From: Malacoraja senta
Taxonomy: Eukaryota
Direction of reading: 5' to 3'
Assembly (NCBI GenBank): GCA_038087875.1
Contig: CM075989.1
Location: 9,736,001-9,796,000, forward strand
Length of the DNA stretch: 60,000 bases
In this document: positions 25,620 to 39,062 of the stretch, one piece after another
How positions within the stretch are numbered: the stretch's first letter is position 1
How the letters are laid out: each line of letters opens with the position of its first letter
The notes under the pieces: model-generated
The model's database searches: none
What the model saw: only the letters and a program-made list of their open reading frames with translations
Told to the model about the DNA's origin: nothing
Program-made: the position numbers and the translations under genes

Positions 25620-26440
25620 AGTTTAGTTTAGAGACACATGGGGCATCGAAACATGCCCTTCAGCCCATTGACCATCAATTACCCGTTCACACTAGTTCTA
25701 TGTAACATTGAATCCTCAAATTTTGAGTAGCTAACCTACAACAAATCCCCCTTCCCCCCTCCACCACTTTTGCCCTCTTTCTTCCCTGTGCCCCACCTGG
25801 AGATGCACCAATTTCTCCCTTCCTCATCTACTTATATTCCTTCCCCTGGTTTCAGATTTCTACCTTTATCTACCTTTTTTGTCTTTTCCTCTCTGGCCTT
25901 TGTCCAACCATCTGCCAATTAAAATTCCCCTCACCTGTATCCATCTATCATCTGACAAACCTTGTCACGCCCCCACATCGTTTCCAGCTTTCTCCTGCCC
26001 CCCTCCCCCCACTACAAACAGTCTGAAGAAGAGTCCCGACACAAGATGCTGCCTATCCATGTTCACCAGTGATGCTGCCTGACCTGCAGAGTTACGCCAG
26101 AACTTTGTGTCTTTCTATATTATCTCACTTTTGTATGCACTCCATACACATTACCGGCAATTTACAAAGGCCAATTAAACTACAAACCTGCAGGTGAGAT
26201 GGGGGAGGAAAATGGAGCACACGGAGATATCCTATGTGGTTACAGGGCGAATGTGCAAACACCTCACGGACAGCACCCGGTCATTTTCTCTACCGTTATG
26301 TACTATGTTTACATATTCTGTTGTGCTGTAACAATTAAGAATTTCATTGTTCTATCTGGGACATATTTCAATAAAACACTCTTGACTCTTGAACCCGGGT
26401 CTCTGTGAGGCAGCAGCTCTACCAGCTGCTCTACTGTTAT
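25620..26440 (-). mobile_element. SINE interrupted by a Penelope 3' fragment (~25705-26115, + strand) and a short LINE tail
   Basis: SINE tail ...ttcacactagttctatgt continues at ~26120 with tatctcactttt. The insert ends with cagtCTGAAGAagagtcccgac...actttgtgtc. Confidence 0.65.
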
Positions 26441-28269
26441 TTCACGGGAAATGTAGAGGAGAAAAAAAAGTTCTAGACATCTACTCTTTACAGTGTTTAA
26501 TATGTTTCTAGTGTCCTCAAACCTGAGTACATAGCTTTCAACCTAAATCTTTTCCAACCAATAGTGAACAGCTCCCAACACAAATAGTAATATGGCATCA
26601 CTTGTTAGAACCTATCAATCTCAATAACTGACTATTCTTACCCAATTCTGACAAGTTCCTAATTATATCAATAATAAACTTTTATTCAAGAAATTAAGAT
26701 TATGCAATAAAGAAGTGGTAACGATTTTGTGTTGGGGTTGTCTTGAAATAGGGCTAACATCGGAGTTGGAAGTTGACAGACTTGATTACAGTGGGTTTCT
26801 TGAATGTTATGTTAAATGCAAGAAACACAGAATGTCAAGTGAATTGCTATTGGTGAAAATGGAATCATCATCAATAGAGGTGTCAATACTTCGATCTTTT
26901 CAAAGTCTTTCTTATACTCATTGGAAATGTGGAATTATCGATGATCTGAGGTCAAATAAATAGACAAACCCAGAACTGAAAAAATGTTTAGGGTCATGGT
27001 AAGCTGCGAATAGAAAGTGTAATGAAGTTTATTCCTCATGCTAGTGTCACACGTGGGCTGTAGTTAATTGAGGAGTTGACTGAATGAGTTTTGATAAATC
27101 CGGAGATGACAGTATTGCATCAGAAAGAACAGCTACTATCAGAAATTCACCTAAAGCTTAACTGAACCAGCCACATAAATACGGTGTCTGTAACATCATG
27201 TCCAAGACGATATATTCCAGAGAGGAATACCTTATGGTGCCTCTAAGCCTTTTCAACATTTATAAGGCACATCAGGAGTGTAATGGAAAACACTTCACTT
27301 GCCTGGATGAGTGGAGTTTCAAGAGTATTCAAGCAGCTCAAAATCTTGCAAGGCTAAGTAGTTGACTGACCAGCGCATAATCCAACACCCTGAAAGTTTC
27401 AACGCCAACCTGCTTTTCTCACGATAGCAATTTTCCAAAGCTTAGAATCTCAGGACAGTACAGCAAAGGAAGTAGCTATTCAGTCCATCCTTCAAAAAGC
27501 CAACCCAGGAAATCCCACTCTCTCATATTTCCACATAACCCTGAAATGTTCTTCTCATTCAAGTATTTATGCAGTTCAATTTTGAGTTACATCCTTGAAA
27601 GGCAAAAGCATTCCAAATCCTAATCTCTTGTCCCATTTGTGTAAATATGTGTGCGCTAGAGGTAATATTATGTAATGATATATGATAACTTTGTTATGGT
27701 TTCTTTCTTAAATGAGATGTCTTTTTTTGCTGTTTTCCTATCTACTCGTGGTACTGACACTTTCTTAGGGAACAGTTCCAAGAGCACAAGTTGTCTTTTG
27801 GAGATCAGCGAAAGTGGTAATCCAAATATTGATAGGCTGTTGGACTACATTAATCACCATTGTTGAGCCTAATTTTATTTTTACACTACAGAAGCATTGG
27901 TAATACTTTTCATGAATATCAATACAAAGTTTAGTGTCAACTATTTTACAAAATCGCTGCCATCAGCTATATGACGGAACAGCAAACTTTAATCTAATGA
28001 GTCACACTGATTATAGGCTGATTTAGTGCTTTAGTATCAAAAGAAATAAAAGAGGAAAATATACAGAAAGGTAATATGCTTTAATGTTTCAATACAATTC
28101 TTGTATAGTATCCTTACATAAACTTAAATTGCTCCCATTATAAACACCATATATACTCCTCTTACTATACACTATCTCAATGTAGTCTATCAGACCTAAT
28201 AGGTTTAGAAGGATGACAAAAGTGCTGGAGAAACTCAGCGGGTGCAGCAGCATCTATGGAGTGAAGGAA

Positions 28270-28310
28270 ATAGGCAACGTTTCGGACCGAAACCCTTCTT
28301 CAGACTGATG
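28270..28310 (-). ncRNA. Minimal type I hammerhead ribozyme motif with an intact core
   Basis: Minus strand CAUCAGU-CUGAAGA-A-GGGU(UUCG)GUCC-GAAA-CGUU-GCC: both core boxes, a stem II with UUCG loop, palindromic AACGUU and a GUU cleavage triplet. Confidence 0.7.
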
Positions 28311-29349
28311 TAGGGTGGGGGGCGGAGAGAAGAAAGGAGAAAGGAAGAGGAGGAGCCCGAGGGCTGAGGGAGAGCTGAGAAGGGGAGGAGACAGCAAGGG
28401 CTACCGGAAATTGGAGAAGTCAATGTTTATGCCGCTAGGGTGTAAACTACCCAAGCGGAATATGAGGTGCTGCTTCTCCAATTTCCGGTCATGGAGGAGG
28501 CCCAGGACAGAAAGGTCGGATTCGGAATGGGAGGGGGAGTTGAAGTGCTGAGCTACCAGGAGATCAGGTTGGTTAATGCGGACCGAGCGGAGGTGTTCGG
28601 CGAACACCTTGGTCTCACCGATGTAGATCTGCTGACATCTAGAGCAGCGGATGCAATAGATGACGTTGGAGGAGATGCAGGCGAACCTCTGTCGCACCTG
28701 GAACGACTGGCAGGATGAGTGTTCCACACCAGGGCATCGTAAATGTCCTCATTCTTCAGGGGAAGGGGGTTCCCTCCCCTACTATAGATGAGGCTCTCAC
28801 CAGGGTCTCTTCAATACCCCGTAACACTGCTCTCAGTCCCCATCCCCCCACTCGTAACAAGGGGCAGAGTCCCCCTAGTCCTCATCTTTCACCCCACTAA
28901 CCGTCACATACAACAAATAGTCCTCCGTCATTTTCGCCACCTCCAATGTGCATCTCCTCCAACCTCATCTATTGCATCCGCTGCTCTAGATGTCAGCTGA
29001 TCTACATCGGTGAAACCAAGCGTAGGCTTGGCGATCGTTTCGCCGAACACCTCCGCTCGGTCCGCATTAACCAACCTGATCTCCAAGTGGCTCAGCACTT
29101 CAACTCCCTCTCCCATTCCGAATCCAACCTTTCTGTCCTGGGCCTCCTCCATGGCTAGAGTGAGCACCACCAGAAATTGGAGGAGCAGCACCTCATATTC
29201 CGCCTGGGCAGTTTGCACCCTAGCGGCATAAACATTGACCTCCAATTTCCGGTAGCCCTTGCTGTCTCCTCCCTTTCTCAGCTCTCCCTCAGCCCTCGGG
29301 CTCCTCCTCTTCCTTTCTCCTTTCTTCTCCCCACCCCCACCACCCTACA

Positions 29350-29390
29350 TCAGTCTGAAGAAGGGTTTTGGCCCGAAAAGTTGCCTATTT
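29350..29390 (+). ncRNA. Minimal hammerhead motif at the 3' end of the Penelope element
   Basis: CAGU-CUGAAGA-A-GGGU(UUUG)GCCC-GAAA-AGUU-GCC; one substitution in the palindromic stem III. Confidence 0.6.
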
Positions 29391-29783
29391 CCTTCACTCC
29401 ATACATGCTGCTTCACCCGCTGAGTTTCTCCAGCACTTTTGTCTACCTTTGATTTTCCAGCATCTGCAGTTCCTTCTTAAACAGGTTTAGAAGGATAATG
29501 TTTGTATTGCATTATGCCTATTTTTCCATTGTCCAACGAGGAATACAAAAATGATTTTTAGCCCTTCTAAAAACGTTGATGAATATTTGATGACAACCAT
29601 ATAACAAAATAGATACATTATATTTTATTCCTTGTCTGACTGCTTAAAAAATCGGTATGAAGATAAACCACTGTGAGAAACCATTCAATAAGAGGAACAA
29701 CAGTCCATATGTCACAAACTATAATCATTATTTCAAGTCAAATCAAGAGAGTTTTATTGTCATATGTCCCGAAACGGAACAAT

Positions 29784-29950
29784 TCTTCTTCCTCGTGTCC
29801 GGCCATCTTCTATATCACGTCTTTCCGGTCGGTCAGTGACGGTTGACGGTCGGTGGTTGCATAATTGGCTACTTCATTCAGTCACTGTGGTACAGTTTCT
29901 GTCGTCAGCATTGCCCGGGATGCGCCATTGGAGGCTTCTGCTTGCATCCC
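29784..29950 (-). mobile_element. Short retroposed fragment with a (GAA)n tail and an 11-bp TSD
   Basis: AACGGAACAAT at 29773-29783 and 29951-29961. Minus strand ends GAGGAAGAAGA. Inserted in another LINE tail. Confidence 0.7.
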
Positions 29951-30369
29951 AACGGAACAATGAAATGTTTACTTGCCACAGCACAACAGATATGTGAACA
30001 TATTACTCTGTAAATGTGTCTGTTAAAATGTTTTTGTACTAATGCATTGATTTTTAGAGTCTTCTTTCTTTATTAATATTATATAATTTACTTACAGTTT
30101 ATGTATATTTTCGTATACTATGTGAGTCTACGTGTCTGTGATGCTGCTGCAAGCATGATTTGTATCGGTACCCCACCCTCCTGATTCATGACAACTCAAC
30201 TTGAATGTATCAGTTACCAATATTCTAATAACTAGACATATATCATGGGAATTGACATTTAGGCAAGAGGGCCTGGCCCACACTAAATGCACCAGCTATA
30301 CCAAGAGGTAAAATAGAAGATGCCCCTGGCCTCTCCCCTCAGGTTATTGTGGAACTACCCGCAGGAGTC

Positions 30370-30910
30370 AAGAGAATCAAGATTGTTTAATTGTTGTATT
30401 TATTGGGAACCAAACAATAAAAATCTTACTTTCTGCAGGCACATCAATGCAACAATACACCAAATCAATACAGTAATCAATATTACAATAAACTATTAGT
30501 TATACAAGTTACCAGACTGTAACAGTGCAAGCCAAAGTACATGGTGCAACCTAAAAAAAAAATCTATGTAATTCATTGTTGAGGTAAGGTGGAGGTTAGG
30601 GTTGTACAGTGTGATTCAAGAGCCTGATGGTTGAAGCTGTTATTGAGCCTGGAGGTAACGGTTCTCAGGCTTCAATATCTTCTTCCCAATGGTAGCAGTA
30701 AGATGCAAGTGTGACCATGGAGGTGTGTGTTTTTGATGATATAAGCTGCCTTCTTGAGAGGCAGCACTCCCTACAGATCCCTTCAATGATAGGGAGGTTA
30801 GTGGCCATGATGAACCAGGCAATGTGCACCATTTTCTGTAATCTCCTTCACTCTTGGGTAATTCACTTTACCGAACCTGGCCGTGATACAGCCAATCAGT
30901 ATGCTCAATA
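30370..30910 (-). mobile_element. Degraded Rex1/Babar LINE 3' end
   Basis: Minus frame reads LPIIEGICRECC..., a frameshifted analogue of the C-terminal region at 47314-47736. Confidence 0.6.
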
Positions 30911-33900
30911 GCAAATCCAGGGAGAGTGGAGGTCAGATGCTGGTGCAGAAGTCTCGTATTCACCAACCCATGCCTTCCGATCTATCGGCCCTGTTTTTCT
31001 TTCTTTTTTTAAAGAGATACACAGTGGAAACAGTCTCTTTCGCCCACCGAGTCCGCATCAACCAACAATCACCCATACACTAGTTCTATCCTAAGTACTA
31101 GGGACAATTTACAGGAACCAATTAAACTACAAACCTGCACGTCTTTGGAATGTAGAAGGAAACCGGAGCATCCAGAGAAAATCCACATGGTCACAAGGAG
31201 AAAGTACAAACTCCGTAGACAGAGAAAAAAATCCTTCAAAGAATACAGTGATGATTTTTATTTACTATTTAATTTTTTTCTAAGTTAACATTTGAACTGT
31301 GGGTATTCTTGACAAGGTATTCCAGCAGCTGAGTGGGTTGTCAGGTATTTTTTAATGCAGAGATGTGAAGAAACCACTTTGGTGCCAATTTGGAAGCACA
31401 TATAAGCCATACAATTTTAAAACAGCAGATGTCCTCATCAGTTGGGTTGGAATGATAATCAACAAACTAGATTTGCAAATGCAAGTTATGAAAGGACAGA
31501 GATTCCAAGCTGTAGAAACACCACAAGATTAAAACACAGTTGAGGAGATAATGAGCTAAATGATCTCATGCTGTCACCAAATTTGAATTCTTAAAGCTTT
31601 CAGATTACAAATGTGAGGAGACTCTTGGGAATTCCATATTTGCAAAGTCCTAGAAAGTAATACATTTTAAATAGGAGCCAAATCCTGATTTCAGTCAGAA
31701 GGCAGGGAATCCAGATGAAAAGCTTTATAAAACCATGATGGTTAATCATGAAAATATTAGAATCATACTTTAATATCCAATGAACCTAAATCATAAAGTA
31801 ACCAGAATAATGAATAGTGAATAGAATTACATTATTTAATTGAACATTTACTTAATTTGATTTTCCTAACTTGCCTCTCATTTAGCAACTACCTTTGATT
31901 GCTCAAATAGCTAATAATAATTTCCTTTTCTTTCTCTTGCATGTCTGGGTATCAATAGAAGTTGGGAACGTAAAGCCAACTTTAAAATAACAATACACTA
32001 AGGAAAACAATTTCAAAAGCTTTTATTACCCTTGCAAAAAATAATTGGTGCTGTCTGTTACTCAAATGGTCAAGACAAGTAGGTTTTAAGGGTAACAGTT
32101 TTATGGATCGACCTTTGAGAGCAGTAATAAATGTTAACAAGTAGTCTCGAAAAACAGTTCAAAATAAAGTCTTGCCAAAATACAATGACATTTCTAAACA
32201 TAGTAATTTTCACAGAAAATATGATGCCAGTGGCTATTTTGAGCTTCGTTCATGTATTTTTAATAGGAAATTTGCCGGTTATCGATCTGCAGCTTGTACT
32301 GTCTGCCTAAGGCAGCTATACTACTTGCAAGCAACTTTCCAATCAGCAGCTGTCAAAAATCACACGATTTACAGGCATGTTGCCCCTCTCTTTATTTGCT
32401 TAATGTCACTGAAGAACATTTATGCAAGTCACTAAACAGCAGGTGTACTTTTTAACACTGTAACCCCTCAATTGATACCAACCATCTTGTCCGTACTTAA
32501 AGCGAGAGAAGGATGTATTGTCATTTAACCATTGCTGCCATGCAGATATCACTTCACAAACTGCTCAGCAGCTACTGAGTTTTACCACATATAAACAAGG
32601 AATGAAAATTTTAGTTCGCTCTTATAACATTGAATTCAAGGTGGTTCGGCCTCCAGGGACAGAACATCCCAAGTTTAATGTGTGCTCAAATTGCTGGTTG
32701 AAATTCGGGTACCAATGGTTCTCAGTGACCAAAGAGTACCTGAAGATCCCAATTTTCTACACAGTCCTTAATCGGGCGTGCATATCCACTTATCCAACTT
32801 GCTGAAAGCAAGTTTCCAAAAATAAAAATCCAGAGTTCAATCAGCAGAAATTGTTGGATTCACTAGCTATGAAACAAAAGCAGCTGCTTGCCTTTCTGAA
32901 GCTTAATCATGCAAAACCTAAATTATATAGACATATTTGCATACATGGATACTTGAACCTGGGATATTGTACTTGACACACAAGCAGTTTTTTACAATGG
33001 CTGTCACCCAAGTCTGAGACAGCTGCATGGTGGACATCTACCTTCAGCAAGATGGATTAATCTAGGCAGGCAACTTGAAATATGCCAGCCATTTTGACAT
33101 TTGAGATATCCATGGCCAACAGTGCATACCAGACTTTCTCATCAACAACTGCTACGTCCATATGCTCATGTGAGCTTTGGCAAAGAGGCATGCTGTTATG
33201 GGGGTGAATTCAACTCCAGGGTATCCAGCAACAGGTTGGAACCCTTCCTTGTTTCTTATATCAATGACTTAAGATTCCCATTGTGACTGGAGAGTACAGT
33301 GAGATTCTAGTTTAATTTACACAAATTAACTAATAAGGAAAGGTTTTAAGTCATATGAATGCCATTGTACTTGGAAGAAAGGTATTATAATGACAAATAA
33401 TGTGTAAGAAGTAAGAGAATTTTGCATTACAATCATCCTTTGTCAGGATGTAGGACTTTTTGTGCTATGTATTGCACAGGTTAGATCTGCAAAAACGGTA
33501 AACATATTCTGTCAATAATACATCTTTAATGTACCAGTGTGAATTTTACATTCCCCACATTGATTATACGTAGAGTCTCAAAATTGTTTTGTTAATTAGA
33601 ATGAAATCAATGATATTTTTAGCTTAGTCACTTACTACTGAAATCTGAATTGCAGTTGTCCAAGTTCATTTCACCTCGAACCCTACAAAAAGCAGAGGAG
33701 TTATTTTCATTCAAACCATATCGAGGAGGTGATTTACTGCACAAATCAGATTCCCCTCAAACTTCTATTTCCAACAAACTATTTCCAATGGTTCCAGGTA
33801 AGGTTCCATATAAATCAAAACAAGATTTGAATCAAAGAAAAATCTATTTGGATGCAAAGATTTTTTTAGGCATGTTACTTGCCTGGAAAGAATAATTTTA

Positions 33901-35164
33901 AGCATGCTATTTGGATGGGAAGAATTATTTCAGGAATAGTGATGAGTTTATAATAGTGAAGTTTAAGTGGCTGTATTCTTCTTTGAATTATTTCATAATT
34001 TGAAAGAATTTCAAGTTTCTTAATTCACAGCAAGTGCTATATTCAGCATGCTCGTGCTGTATGTTTTAATAATGCTGCTTTTTCTTACCCATCCACTAGA
34101 TTGTCTTGAATAGCATTAGCATCACATTATAATATAAGATCATTCACTAATGCAAATTGCTGGCATCCTGCTGTTAAAAACAACTTTCGCAAATCTTGCA
34201 GCACTTTTACTGCTTTTCAATTATGGAACTTAATTCCAAACCACATAAAATTATCTCCAAATCTGCAAAATGTTTAAGGAAAACTCTTTACAACCACAAC
34301 ATAATACACTCAAGAGTGCACAACACTGAATGCTCATTTATGAGCTATATTTGATCTACGTCTGCATCTTCAACAATCCTTTCATCAGTTCAAATTTGGT
34401 TTGCTATTGCCAACAGTACTGATTTTGCATTACATAGCCAATGTAGCACCACATATAAATAAATTAAAATTTATAAAACATTGGAATGAATACTGACTTC
34501 TGACAACCAATTTATTTCCCAGACAGTTAGACACAGAAAAATTAAGCAGCACTGAACAGCAACGCAGGACCAGATGTCTAATCTGCAAGGCATTATTTTC
34601 CATTACATAGCATTGCTGAATCTCAATGTCATTCAATGTTTGAGCTGCAGTGATCCATTATCTGCAACTAAATTTATATCCTTCCAAAAAAAGCACCCTA
34701 AAAAGACATCCGTAAAGTGAAGCCTTTTGGAAGTACTTTGGTCTGCTTATTTCCCTTGAGAGTGCAGTCTCTCACTGGAGTTTAGTTCCATTGTCACAGA
34801 CTCCCACCATCCATGACCATTCTTCATGTGTGGTTATTTTACTGCATGTGATATTATATTCAAGACCGACTCTCCCATACTACACTTTTCCTTCGGGACC
34901 GATGAGTAGCAATTACAAAGTAGGCGCCCTACTTATTGACATTTACCTTAGCTAGGTTGCCTATGCAAACTCCTGTATTATGATTGCTATCATTGGCAGA
35001 AATCAGCTAATGCAGCAGAAAGACATATCAAAAATGACTTTCAATATAGTGCTACTCTGGCCAATGCTTCATCCAAATCTCAAAGCCACATCACTTATGA
35101 TGTTACGACTAAATGTTATGAGGTTATGACCGAACCCTTATGCTTGGTCTACCAGGGCATGCTG

Positions 35165-35942
35165 GATCTTCCAGTTGCTAACCATTTTTAACTCCCCTTC
35201 CCATTCCTACACTGACCTTCCTGTCCTGGACCTTCTCCATTGCCAGAGTGAGGACATACGCAAACTGGAGGAACAGCACCCCATATTCTGCTTAGGTAGC
35301 TTACCACTCAATGGTATGAACACTGAATTATCCAATTTTACGTAACAACCCATTCCCCTCCTCCCTTTTGCCCCCTTCTTCCCTATGCCCCACCCAGATG
35401 CGCACCCATTTCTCCCACTATCCCGCCCATCTTTCTTCTTCCCCCTGTCCCTTTCCACCTATATCCTTCCTCTGGCTTCACAAATTAATTGAATCAAATA
35501 CTTTATTGTCACATGTGACAAGTCACAGTGAAATTCTTTGCCTGCAAACCCAAGGTAGGCAAATAGTCGCCACGTAAAGGGCACTAACAAAATTACAAAG
35601 TCTCCTACGCCAGGTCCTCCTTTGTCCTACGTCCCCACTTCCCCCTCCCCTCTTCCCCTCCAGGCCATTCCCCTACGCCGGGTCCTCATTTGTTTCCCCC
35701 TCCCCTCTTCCATATTTTACTCCTCTCCATATTGCCCTTTGTTTCTTCTTTTAATCTCTGGTCTAGGTCCACAGATCTGCCAATAAAAATCACCCTCACT
35801 TGTATCCACCTATCACTTGCCTTGTCGTGCCCACACCTCTCTTCTCCGCTTTCTAACCCCTTCCGACCTAAAATGTTGCCTATCCATGTTTTCCAGAAAT
35901 GCTGCCTGACCCACAGAGTTACTCCAGCACTTTGTGTCCTTT
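35165..35942 (+). mobile_element. Penelope-like 3' fragment interrupted by a short LINE-tail element (~35488-35710)
   Basis: ctgtcctggaccttctccattgccagagtgagg...ctggaggaacagcacc is homologous to 29132-29250. Ends ttactccagcactttgtgtc. Confidence 0.75.
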
Positions 35943-36164
35943 TTAATTATGGAAAGTGCAAATTTATACAGACTGAGAATGAGCAACCCATGGCGACATA
36001 ATCACACACATGTACATGCTTGTATAAGTTAAACATATAGCTGTGTTTGTGAAAGGAACTGATAAAGTTAATTTAACATTCAGTATACATATTTTTATCT
36101 TGTTGAGTTTCTGTTGGCGGCAGTAAACTCAGTTCTCGTTACTTGCTTGACTTCCCTTGTCAGG

Positions 36165-37740
36165 GGGCGACCATGGCTGACAAGGGAAGTCAAGGACAGT
36201 ATAAAAATAAAAGAGAAGTATAACATAGCAAAGATGAGTGGGAAGCCAGATGATTGGGAAACTTTTAAAGAGCAACAGAAGATAACTAACAAGGCAATAC
36301 GGGAGAAAAGATGAGTTACGAAGGTAATCTAGCCAAGAATATCAAGGAGGATAGCAAAAGCTTCTTTTGTTATGTGAAGAGGAAAAAAATAGTTAAGACC
36401 AAAGTTGGACCCTTGAAGACAGAAACAGGTGAATTTATTATGGGGAACAAGGAAATGGTAGACAAGTTGAACAGGTACTTTGGATCCGTCTTCACCAAGG
36501 AAGACACAAACAATCTCCCAGATGTACTAGTGGCCAGAGGACCTAGTGTGATGGAGGAACTGAAGGAAATTCACATTAGGCAGGAAATGGTGTTGGGTAG
36601 ACTGATGGGACTGAAGGCTGATCAATCCCCAGGGCCTGATGGTCTGCATCCCAGGGTACTTAAGGAAGTGGCTCTAGAAATCGTGGATGCATTGGTGATC
36701 ATTTTCCAATGTTCTATAGATTCAGGATCAGGTGCTGTGGATTGGCGGGTAGCTAATGTTATCCCACTTTTTAAGAAAGGTGGGAGAGAGAAAACAGGGA
36801 ATTATAGACCAGTTAGCCTGACATCGGTGGTGGGGAAGATGCTGGAGTCAATTATAAAAGATAAAATACCGGCACATTTGGATAGCAGTAACAGGATCGG
36901 TCCAAGTCAGCATGGATTTACGAAGGGGAAATCGTGCTTGACTAATCTTCTGGAATTTTTCGAGGATGTAACTAGGAAAATGGACAAGGGAGAGCCAGTG
37001 GATATAGTGTACCTGGACTTCCAGAAAGTCTTTGATAAGGTCCCACATAGCAGATTAGTGGGCAAAATTAGAGCACATGGTATTGGGGGTAGGGTGCTAA
37101 CATGGATAGAAAATTGTTTGGCAGACAGGAAACAAAGAGTAGGGATTAACGGGTCCCTTTCTGAATGGCAGACAGTGACTAGTGGGTACCACAAGGCTCG
37201 GTGCTGGGACCGTAGCTATTTACAATATACATTAATGATTTAGATGAAGGGATTAAAAGTAACATTAGCAAATTTGCAGATGACACAAAGCTGGGTGGCA
37301 GTGTCGTGTGTTGATAGAATGGAGAGACTGAGCTTGTATTCTGGAATTTAGAAGGATGAGAGGGTATCTTATTGAAACATATAAGATTATTAAGGGATCG
37401 GACACACTAGAGGCAGGAAACATGTATCTGAAGAACCAGAACCAGAACCAGGGACCACAGTTTAGTAATAAGCAGTAGGCCATTTAGAACGGAGATGAGG
37501 AAAAACTTTTTCACCCATAGAGTTGTGAATCTGTGGAATTCTCTGCCTCAGAAGGCAGTGGAGGCAAATTATCTGAATGCTTTCAAGGGGGAGTTAGATA
37601 GGGCTCTTAAAGATAGGGGAGTCAAGGGATATGAAGAGAAGGCAGGAATGGGGTACTGATTGTGGATGATCAGCCATACAGTGAATGGCAGTGCTGGCTC
37701 AAAGGGCTGAATGGCCTACTCCTGCACCTATTGTCTATTC
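36165..37740 (+). mobile_element. CR1 LINE, 5'-truncated, with an RT pseudogene (ORF 36311-37243)
   Basis: SPGPDGLHPRVLKE, GNYRPVSLTSVVGKMLE, QHGFTKGKSCLTNLLEFFE and YLDFQKVFDKVPH motifs; frameshift before SKFADDTK; internal deletion; CR1 3' tail cctattgtctattc. Confidence 0.96.
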
Positions 37741-38694
37741 TGTCTGCAGATCATTATTCTCATAAGACTAGCTTCAGGCCCCATCTTGAATTTTTCCTAG
37801 CAAATATAGCGACAAACATTTAACACTGAGGAACTAACCATTATAAAAATACAGACACAATTTCTCCACTATTTGTGCAAAGTGACCACCTGCTGTGTGT
37901 TGCTTATACAGAGCAACGCCATTTTAAACTGATCACTTTTTGAAAGATGAATCTGTTAGCCACTTTCATTTACTTTACAGTATTTAAACATCTTCATTCT
38001 TTATTAATGTGTGTTAATGTTTTTAGAATATTATTGGGAATACTTATATTTATTTCTGGAATGGATCGGGTACAAAAGAAAGGCTCTTTGTGACATCCCT
38101 GTTTCTTTGTTATCTGTTGGAAGTCCATTCCCTTATCCCTTGCAGATAATGAGAATGTGGTGTGTAAAAAAATCAATGGAGGCAATTTCCTTGGCAAGTT
38201 CATGTTCCTGCAAATCAATTATCTTTTTAGTTTTCACTGATATACAAGTCAGAACTGGACAACGCTTCTGGCCACTCTACAATGAATTTCAATCAAACTA
38301 AGTACCTTGTGGTAAATGTTTTTACTTATTCATTCGCAGATATGGACATCCTTGACAACACCAATATTTGATGTCCATCCCAATCTGCTTCTGAATTAAG
38401 GAGGCAGTTGAACGTTAATCGCACCAGTGCACCTGGACTCACATACAGGCCAGGCTGGGCAAGGATGGCAGAATTCCATCCCAAAATATTAATGGTAAAC
38501 CAAATGGGATTTTACAATAATCCAGATGTTTTGCAATTATTGTTAGAGACCAAACTTTAAAAAAAAACTATTGGAGGAACAGCGTCTGTGGAGGGAGATG
38601 GAGAGATGCCATTTTGGATCAGGATACTTATCTAGACTTTGAAGATGCTGAAGAAGGATTTTAACCCAAAACGTGATCCTTTTCCCTTCACAGG

Positions 38695-39062
38695 TAGAGT
38701 CATGGTAGAGTTACAGCATGGAAACAGGCCCTTCAGCAGCCAACACGCCCCACAACATGTCCCGTCTACACTAGTCCTGCCTGGCCACATTTGGCCCATA
38801 TCCCTCTAAACCTGTCCTATCCATGTACCTGTCAAAATGTTTCTTAAACGTTGCGATAGTACCTGCCTCACCTACCTCCTCCGGCAGCTCGTTCCATACA
38901 CCTACCTCCCTTTGTGTGAAAAAGTTACTCCTCAGGTTCCTATCAAATCTTTCCCCCCTCACCTTAAACCTACATCCTCTGGTTCTTGATTCCCCCTCTC
39001 TGGGCAAGAGGCTCTGTGCATCTACCCAATCTATTCCTCTCATGATTTTGTACACCTCTATA
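38695..39062 (-). mobile_element. CR1 LINE 3' fragment
   Basis: YKIMRGIDWVD...NFFTQREVGVWNELPEEV...FKKHFDRYM. Confidence 0.9.

Larger units (their letters stand above)
28215..29482 (+). mobile_element. Penelope-like retroelement (GIY-YIG), 5'-truncated, with an inverted 5' copy
   Basis: Plus peptide CISSNLIYCIRCSRCQLIYIGETKRRLGDRFAEHLRSVR (28946-) and minus copy CISSNVIYCIRCSRCQQIYIGETK (ORF 28401-28727). Flanked by the 14-bp direct repeat AGGTTTAGAAGGAT. Confidence 0.93.

Noticed and set aside
36311..37243. 310-aa ORF as a functional reverse transcriptase gene
   Set aside because: It is a 5'-truncated CR1 copy, frameshifted before the FADD catalytic motif and internally deleted.
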